Source: Botryllus schlosseri (Eukaryota). From it: a DNA stretch of 60,000 bases. A program made the position numbers and the translations under genes. Shown here in pieces: positions 51,901 through 60,000 of this stretch. Numbering within the stretch: position 1 is the first letter of the stretch; the number at the start of each line of letters is the position of its first letter. Below the pieces are notes generated by a model that did no database searches, was not told the DNA's origin, and saw nothing but the letters and a program-made list of their open reading frames with translations. The DNA lies in NCBI GenBank assembly GCA_051294905.1, contig CM119371.1:41542001-41602000 (forward strand), in the 5' to 3' direction.

Positions 51901-54900
51901 GCTTGAAAGTCCTTTTGTTTTGGTGTTGGGTTTAATACAATTTGTATGACTATAACGAATCCGATTCCAAAAGTGCTATGTTACATTTAACAAAAAGTTT
52001 GATGCCTTGTATTCTGATATTGATAGATGTGAAAAGTAATATGACTAGTTTATAAAAGCTCGGTAATGTTCTTTGTCATGTCTGTGTTCAACAAATATGC
52101 GATCAAGTCTTACCATTCGATATTAACTTTCGCAGTCGACGTAAGCGATAATTTGTTGAAATAACAATATCGACGAGTTCAATAATATTCCCCATCGATG
52201 CATTCGAATAATCTGTCAGCTGCTAACTGATTAAAAACTTGATGCCGTTTTGTGGTTAACTCAAGTCAGTGGTCGTGTTTGTGTTGATTTCAGGAATGAT
52301 CATGACGAGTTGGTCGGGTAAATTAGTGGTAGTAACTATGACCGTACAGAGTTGCTGACATTCCAATATCTTTTACGCTGTAATATACGGATTCACTTGT
52401 GATAATTTAATTCTCAGTTATTATTCAGTCATTCAAATCTCATATACTCAAAATATAATATGTTCATGTCAAGTCGTATATGCATTGACTAGTAAATATT
52501 TGTCTTCAGAATAGTAACGACCTTTACAATTGAATAAAAATTATCGGTCATATGAATACAACCAGATGAATTAATTCAAGTTTGTCAGTTGTTGTGATAT
52601 AATCAAGTAAGTGAAAACTAGATTTTGAACACTTGTTAATGTTGTGAATAATTCTTTTGAGTATGGTAAGATGTTAAAATATCTCTTTGACACACGGAAA
52701 GCGGAATCGCGAATAGAGTTGCAATGTTTCATTACTTGTTTCAAATCAATGTGCAGATAATATCGAAATGGGACTGCGGGAAAGTTGGTAGTCATGTTTG
52801 TCAATCTATTTCAATTCAGACTATGTCAAAGTCCAAATACCTCATTCTTGATTATCTGAATTTACCTATAGAACATGTCGCGAATGGATTCCGACACCGT
52901 ACTATAACTAGACCGCTACGTCTGATGCATTATCGTGTCAGCGACGTAGGATTTTACAATTATTTCATACCTTTTTGAATAAGCGTCAACTTCACAGAGG
53001 ATTAGGGTTGGATCAGAAATAAGTGAGAATTTGTCGGTATTCGAATCACCGTCTGCGACGGTTCTGTTATTCGTCACATGATAAATCTTACCAGTGAAAT
53101 CCAGCTCTGCGACAAACTAATTACCAAAATGATACCCTGTGAGTGATTGAAATGTATGTAAAATCAAGTCGCGAGCGATGGTTGTGTCTTAGGTGTTATC
53201 TTGTGAGCGATCGCGGGATTTTAGAATTATTTCGCACCTTTTTGAATAAGCGTACACTTCACAAAGGATTAGGGTTAGAGTAGGAATAAGTGACAATTTG
53301 TTGCTATTCAAGTCACCGACACTGGCGGTTCTGTTAGTCGTTACTTATTAAATCTTACCAGCGAAATCAAGTTCTGTGACAAACAGATTACTAAAATTTC
53401 ACCGCGTGAGCGATCGGTATGGCTATGACACCAAGTCGTGAAAGATGGTTATCTCCGAGACATTATCTTGTCAGCGATCGCGGGGTTTTGCAAACTATTT
53501 CACACCTATTTGAAGTGTTAGTTTGTGAACGCGGCTATTGTTGATATTCGTATCGCCGTCTACACCGGCTCTCTGGCAAACTAATTACCAAATATTACCT
53601 TGCTAGTGATTCTTAGATTCAGCAAACTATTTCACACCATTTTTTGCTAAAAGTACGACATGCCGCCTGCAGTCTATACCCGAAAGTACGACATGCCAAC
53701 AACGAAGCCGCGTGCGACCGATCCCTATGCTGAAAAGGGTTACCGCGCGACCACAAGACACAATAGCCGCTTGCCACCCCCGCCATAAGACGCAATAGCC
53801 GCTCGCCACCCCCGCCATAAGACAAAACAGCCGCTTGCCACCCCGGTTTTCCCAGCCGCTTGCGACCCCCGCCGTAAGAAATAAGAGCCGCTCGCCACCC
53901 CCGCCATAAGACGCAATAGCCGCTCGCCACCCCCGCCATAAGGAATAAGAGCCGCTCGCCACCCCCGGTTTTCCAGCCGCTCGCCACCCCGCCCATAAGA
54001 GCCCCAGGCACCCCCAGACCGATCTATACTACTACTTGCAACGTTGTTACAAGAACTATGATATTTCCGCAAGTAGGCTACTATAGTTGTGTGTTGGATT
54101 AGTTGAATATCTAGATGCGTGACCATTCGTGTAAAAAAAAAGTTATTGTGCTACCAAAACATTTTGTAGAGTCTGACCAATCATTCTATAGTTTGAAAGC
54201 ATGACCAATCCTTCCATAGTTTCGTAGTATGAGAATATAGAGTGGAGTATTTTGCGTGATGTAAATATTTTTCATACTGTGATCGGAAAAAGTCGCAGGG
54301 GTCGTCAATCGTATCACGCAAACTAACTAGTTGACACAGACAAAATATTGAATGAACGCTAACACATTGGATTCATAATACAGGAGAGTGGAATTTTATT
54401 CCGTTACACTAAAATGTTTCTGCTACACTAACATAATTCGTATCTAGAAAAAACGGCACACACCGAGGACGTGATATTGGTCAATATCCATTATGTAGAG
54501 AGTGAGTAAATCCTCTTCCAGGTAGGTCTGATTCAAATCAACGACATGTTACACATAATTATCATTTGAATTGTGTGCGATATTGTGAAGATGACACCAC
54601 AACAACACATTAAGTAATATTTTGTATCGGGTTTTCGCGCTTTAGGACTAGTGGAGTGTGCGATATTTTGGATATGTGTGCTCGGTTGAAACTAAAGTTG
54701 TTTTTGGGTCTTGTGTCGGGTAAATCTGAACTATATGTCTAAAATTCAAGCACGTCCAAGTAAGTTCTTTAGCGACTATGATTACATCTACTTTGACGAG
54801 AGGAAATGGAAAAATTCAAATGGATACTATACTAACGAACAAAAAGTGTAAAATGGTTTTACCAGATTTAGGTGTAGAATATCTTTTCGTCGATTTCTTT

Positions 54901-54944
54901 ATCAAAGTGTGTTTTACAAACCCAACGAAAAAAAGTGTGTTTTA

Positions 54945-56598
54945 CAAACCCAACGAAAGAACACACAAAACGATTAAAGAATATTATAAAATCGTTGGAT
55001 ATGGAAGAAGACGAGAAATCAAAGATCAATATCCCGTATGATCCCTCTCTTGGCCGCTTCTATCTTCTACCGAAATTGCACAAAGAGAATATTCCTGGAC
55101 GCCCCATCGTGTCATGCAACAAAACTCTAACGGAAGACATATCCGGATACGTGGAAAAACACCTTAAACCATTGGTGAAAAGCACACCAAGTTTTTGTCG
55201 CGACACCACGGACTTTTTAAACAAACTCATGAACGATATTAGTCACCATGGACGTATCATCCCTGTATACAAGTATTCCTCATAAGGATGGCATGGAGGC
55301 TGTGGAGAGATCTCTTGCAGAAATTGGACATCCTTTAAAGAAATCCATCATGGAACTTATTGGCTTCACGTTAACTCACAACACGTTCGAATTCAACGAA
55401 GAGATCTTTCTACAGCTTCAAGGAACGGCAATGGGCACGAAATTTGCTCCGCAATACGCAAATCTTTTCATGCATCATTTTGAGGAGGATTTCATGGAGA
55501 CACAAAAACTGCGGCCAATACTTTATACGAGATACATCGACGACATTTTCATGATATGGACCCATGGAGAACAGTCACTGAAAAAGTTTCATGAATCAAT
55601 AAACGAATTTCACCCTAACATTCGTCTGACCATGGAGAGCTCGATGACTGCAGTTTCATTCCTCGACACGCTTGTCAACATCGAAGAAGGTCGCATTTTC
55701 ACGTCACTCTATCGTAAACCAACGGACTCTGGTAAGATTTTAAACTACCACAGTTTCCATCCAATACACTGCAAAAAAGGAATAGTCTACAGCAAAGCCC
55801 TTCGAATTCATAAAATTTGCTCGAAGAAAGAGGACAAAAATGAACATTTGGAAGTTTTGAAACACGAACTAATCAACTCTGGCTACGATCAACAGCTGAT
55901 AAGGAATCAAATAAAAAGGGCCCTCAATGTACCACGAGAAAAGCTCCTTGATTGCAGCCGAAATCACAATGAGGAAACTCAAGATCGCAGAGTGCCGCTG
56001 GTCACTACTTATTTCCCGGGAGCAGAAAAGATCCGTAAGATTTTACGAAAACATCAGCGAATACTAATCAACGATCCGAAATGCAATGAAGTGTTCCCGC
56101 AAAGACCTATTCTAGCCATACGGCAACCACGCAACTTGCGTAACATTTTGGTAAATAGTAGGCTACCTCGGTCAAGACGAGAAAATGGCGTGGAAAATTG
56201 CGGACAGCCATCATGCAAGACGTGTGCTATTCTCAATCACAGCACGGTGATTACAAGAGGACCCGCCCGGCACAACATCAAAGGCCATTTTACTTGTAAA
56301 TCATGTCGTATATTTGATTCGCTGTCGAAAAGGATGTACGAATGCATGGTACGTAGGAGAAACCAGTCAACCTCTCCACAAGAGAGTAAATGGCCACCGA
56401 CATGATATCTCGAAAGGTAACAAATCGAAGCCTGTCGGTGATCATTATTCTTCCGCTGGACACTCGGAGAGCGACATGACTGTCAATGTATTGGTCGGGA
56501 ACATGGAAGACGCTACTCTCCGCAAGGCTACCGAACAAAAATATATCGACAAATTTGATACTTTCCGACGAGGGCTGAATATAGATAGAGGATGCTGA
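54945..56598 (+). pseudogene. Penelope-type reverse transcriptase / GIY-YIG endonuclease ORF with two frameshifts
   Basis: FYLLPKLHK..PGRPIVS, DTTDFL, MDVSSLYTSIP, QGTAMGTKFAPQYANLFM, RYIDDIF, FLDTLV, LYRKPTD, Cys-rich linker CGQPSCKTC, endonuclease IRCRKGC..YVGET..LHKRVNGH..E..I..GLN. Frame changes near 55240 and 56310. Confidence 0.9.
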
Positions 56599-56599
56599 T

Positions 56600-57045
56600 C
56601 TAAATGCCCTTGATTTCAGAAGAGATCCGCTTGAGCTAAAAAATTACATTAAGAAGCGAGTGGACGAAATCGATGTGAAACAAATTATGGAGCTACAAAG
56701 GCAAGACATTTCACCAGCGCTGTATGCAAAACTGCAGAAGTGTCGACCAACATCAGCGTCTGTGGAGCGTTCATTTTCCTTACTAAAGTCATTTTACGTC
56801 CAAATTGTCACTTTAAAGACTCCAACATTCCACACAACATGAAACTGTACTACAATAGTGGTTTGAAATAAAAATGGATGCGTAGGCTATTACTGCTATG
56901 TTGTGTATGTTTTACTCGTCAGTTCCATGAGTGACGTTGGTTACATGTAAAATACACTATTTTCACATAAAGTCATATAAAGTCATATTTTCCATAAAAT
57001 AAAGTCATATAATTGATTTTTTAAGGTCATATAAAAATGGCCCTA
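56600..57045 (+). mobile_element. hAT transposon 3' remnant (C-terminal dimerisation region plus right end)
   Basis: Translates LDFRRDPLELKNYIKKRVDEIDVKQIMELQRQDISPALYAKLQKCRPTSASVERSFSLLK (hAT-type SxxxERxFS motif); AAGTCATAT subterminal repeats ending GGCCCTA at 57045. Confidence 0.7.
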
Positions 57046-57098
57046 GTCATAATATGTATATGTTCAAATTGAAAATCTTTTTGCGTTACTTTCGCTTT

Positions 57099-57137
57099 GA
57101 CACCTAATGAAGGAGCAGCGCTCCAAAAGCTCGTGTA
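57099..57137 (+). ncRNA. Degenerate minimal type I hammerhead ribozyme in the Penelope 3' region
   Basis: ACAC-CTAATGA-A-GGAGC-AGC-GCTCC-AAAA-GCTC-GTGT: stems I and II are intact, but the core CUGAUGA and GAAA each carry a G>A change. Confidence 0.65.
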
Positions 57138-60000
57138 ACTAATAAAGTTATATTCATTCGCAAGTGGACGTTAAATAGAGTGTGAAAGCTACCAAGGTCT
57201 TACGTTTATATATATCGTCTGCTATCGGCGCAACAAAGTATTCAACAAATATTTCTAGTACACCAAAGTATAGGGTACATTTATCAAACGTCGTACAAAT
57301 TGTTTATGTGACGGCAACGACTTTGGGTTACTTGCTTTCGATCCTTTTGTAAAAGATTGTCGGACAAAGGTGTTATACTTTTCTGTAATGGTTAAGGTAC
57401 GTGAACAAGTTTCCAATCAATTAATAATCGGACATACGACTTTGGTTTAACGAATCATAGTATTTCTAAAATGCTTGCTGGTATCATAACACACAAATCG
57501 AAATGCATATCAATCAAGACCTTTGCATGCTCTGAGTTTTGTGGTGGCATTTATTTCGCCCGATAGAAATGAATTTGTATCAATAGTAACGAGAAACGTG
57601 TTTATCATTTTCGGTGTTGGTTGTGACCCTGATTTCGACGCCGGTAAGTACTCTATAAATAATTTCTGCATACTGAGTTAGGATGCGTTTAACGAATATC
57701 ATACAAATTGTTTTTGTGGTGGAAATGACTTTCAGTAGTTTGGTTTTTTATGATTACAATTACTTTAGAATATCCCAATGATAATGTATGATCACTACTA
57801 TGAACAACAATACAATCACATTTTGTAGATTTAAGTGTAGCGCATATTTCGATTTTATTAATGTTAAGAGGTTTCTGTATTACTCAAGTATAGTTGAATA
57901 GGAGGTGGCTAGCAAACATATTCCAATTTATTTTTTGTAATGATCAAAGTGTGTGTGAAATGGGGTGAACGGATTAAGCATTAATCAAGCGGCGGTATGT
58001 CAATTCACCTATAGTGTGATATCTTGACACCGGATAATGCGCGAAAGTGTTTCAATTTTCAACCGCAGATTACGACAATAAAGTATTGTACCGGTTATTG
58101 TTCAACAAAGGAAATTGTTGTTTTATCTTAAGTCTTGGTTACTGGAGAAAATAACATTTGTAAATTATTTCCTCATTTCCACAATACGCTGCGTGGTTTT
58201 TACGAACACGGCGTAATCTTCCCAATCAAAACATTTCAGACATGTTAATCTAGTTTTACAAATCGATATGTTAATAACAATGTTTCTGAAAAGTTTGTTG
58301 GTATCGTACTAACCTTCAACACAACCCTGGTCTAATAATGTCATAATTTAATAATCAAGTCATGATCGACTATCACAAAATCTCATATGTCAAAATCAAT
58401 GTGTCAATTCATATGTTTACATCGTGAAAATTTTCAATATAACACCTCCGTTCGATTGTAAGAAATGAATTCTCAATTACGTTGGTCAGACATTCAAATC
58501 TCGTATACTCAAATGCAATGTGTTAATCTCAAACCGCACACCGAGTAGTATTTACTTTGGTTTATAAAATATACCGAGTAGTAATTACTTTATCTTACGG
58601 AATAGTAACGACTTTTACAGTTGAACAAAAAAGACGATTTGGCGGTATATGACTACAACCGGACTTGCTATGGATTTCAGATTGTAGCGATTGTATGTAC
58701 TCGCGTAATCTTGTCTTCTTTCTGTACGGGTACTGTCTAGTTAGTTGGCTAAGTTACAAACGGATTTAATTGACAAGGTTTTCATGATTGACTCTTTTGG
58801 TAAGATGTTAAAATTTCGAGGTGTAATACTATTTCCATTAACTCGATTGTGACAAAAAATACCCAGCTAACTTGTTCAAGGCTTCTTTTGTTTCAAATCA
58901 ACATGTGAATAATCAGTTATTGTGACAAGTTGAAATATCGTACCGAAGTTGCGAGTGGGAACAGTACGCGATTGTGTAAGTGTAAAGACAGCGAGATGGT
59001 GATCGTGTGAATAAATAAATCTGAAACGCAGTGGAGTGAAAGTTTACCAAACCTGTCTGGCAATCCTACTTCAAATCGCGATATGACAAAGTAGCTTGAA
59101 ATATTCCGATTCAACTCATCGCATTGCAACTCGATCGCGTTATGTGCAAGCGGTTGTCAAGTTGGAAATGTTTTCAACAACGGGCAATATTTCATTAATT
59201 GACTCTATTTTGTGTAGTAACACATTAAAATATCGCGATAGTATTTACTGAAACTGACAAACGGAAAACCAACTCGCGAATACAGTTGTAAGGTTTCGTC
59301 ACTTGTTTCAAATTAATGTGCGTATAATTTCGAAATATGGGTGGGTTGAAAGTTGGTAGTCATGTTTGTCAATCCTATTTCAATTCACACTATGTCAAAG
59401 TCAAAATATTTCATTTTTGATTATCTCAGTTACCTGTAGTACATCTGACGAACGGATTTAAAGTTGGTAAATTACCAAAATGATTGAATATTATCGGGTT
59501 AGAGATAGTTAATATTGATTCTATAAGTGTTAAAACGGCGTGGAATGTGTGAATGATCCGGAAACGGAGTTGAAAGTTGGTCAAGTCAAGTAATATTCAG
59601 TTTCAAAAGGATTATACTCTTAAAAAGATTCGAGTTCAAATCGTTGCCGTTGTGGATCTGTTATTCCTTACCCTTGTGAGCGATCGTGGGATTTTACAAT
59701 TATTTCACACCTATTTGAGTATGCGGTAACCTCGCAAAGGATTAGGGTTAGGCCGGAAATAAGTGGCAATTTGTTGCTATTCAAGTTACCGACACTGGCG
59801 GTTCTGTTAGTCGTTACTTATTAAATCTTACCAGCGAAATAAAGTTCTGTGACAAACTGATTACTAAAATTCCACCGCGTGAGCGATCGGTATGGCTATG
59901 ACATCAAGTCGTGAAAGATGACTATGTCTGAGGTGTTATCTTGTGGGCGATCGTAGGATTTTACAAATATTTCACACCTTTTTGAAGTGTTAGTATGTGA

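Larger units (their letters stand above)
41322..54036. mobile_element. Non-autonomous Maverick/Polinton-derived fold-back element, 12.7 kb, with 5,866-bp inverted arms
   Basis: Arms 41322-47187 and 48171-54036 are reverse complements (paired coordinates sum to 95358; the ORF track is mirrored); spacer 47188-48170. Termini AGTAGTAGTATAGATCG...CGATCTATACTACTACT. 6-bp direct repeat TGCAAC at 41316-41321 and 54037-54042. A 6-bp TSD plus AG-starting (AGT)n termini is the established Maverick/Polinton signature. No long ORF. Confidence 0.85.
54945..57215 (+). mobile_element. Penelope-like retroelement (RT + GIY-YIG, Neptune-type), 5'-truncated and frameshifted
   Basis: Three overlapping ORF pieces (54935-55285, 55248-56405, 56314-56598), a 3' tail with a hammerhead-like motif and AATAAA, and a 28-bp tandem duplication (54904-54958) at the 5' junction. 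Boundaries approximate. Confidence 0.85.
54037..60000 (+). mobile_element. Older diverged copy of the same family (right part of host element; interrupted by a Penelope-like element; runs off the window)
   Basis: Resumes collinearity with the right arm where the left flank stopped: 54043-54360 vs about 49900-50170; 57245-57330 and 57690-57990 vs 51165-51530; 59300-59460 vs 52730-52890; 59670-60000 vs 53200-53525. Confidence 0.75.

Noticed and set aside
41322..54036. Palindrome as an assembly or fold-back read artefact
   Set aside because: The arms end exactly at transposon-type termini with a 6-bp TSD, differ at several positions, and the flanks rejoin collinearly. Read-level confirmation is still needed.

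Overview
AT-rich, intron-containing animal genomic DNA; an invertebrate chordate such as a tunicate is plausible but cannot be shown from the sequence. Two spliced protein genes can be reconstructed by hand: a PHF14 orthologue (+ strand, 18 coding exons, 2329-19199, about 1393 aa) and a NACHT/NLR-type gene (- strand, 7 coding exons, 37271-31472, about 743 aa) that has no recognisable death-fold domain but has an N-terminal RHIM-like segment. The dominant structure is a 12.7-kb near-perfect palindrome (41322-54036: two 5,866-bp arms and a 983-bp spacer). It has AGTAGTAGT...ACTACTACT termini and a perfect 6-bp TSD (TGCAAC), the hallmarks of a Maverick/Polinton, but no intact genes, so it reads as a fold-back non-autonomous Maverick derivative. 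It sits inside an older, diverged member of its own family (about 40049 to beyond 60000), which also holds a frameshifted Penelope-like retroelement with a degenerate hammerhead ribozyme. A third terminus of the family at 29999 brackets the NLR gene. Introns and intergenic DNA hold many hAT-type MITEs (8-bp TSDs, some nested), tRNA-derived SINEs and minisatellites. All exon and repeat boundaries were read by eye.
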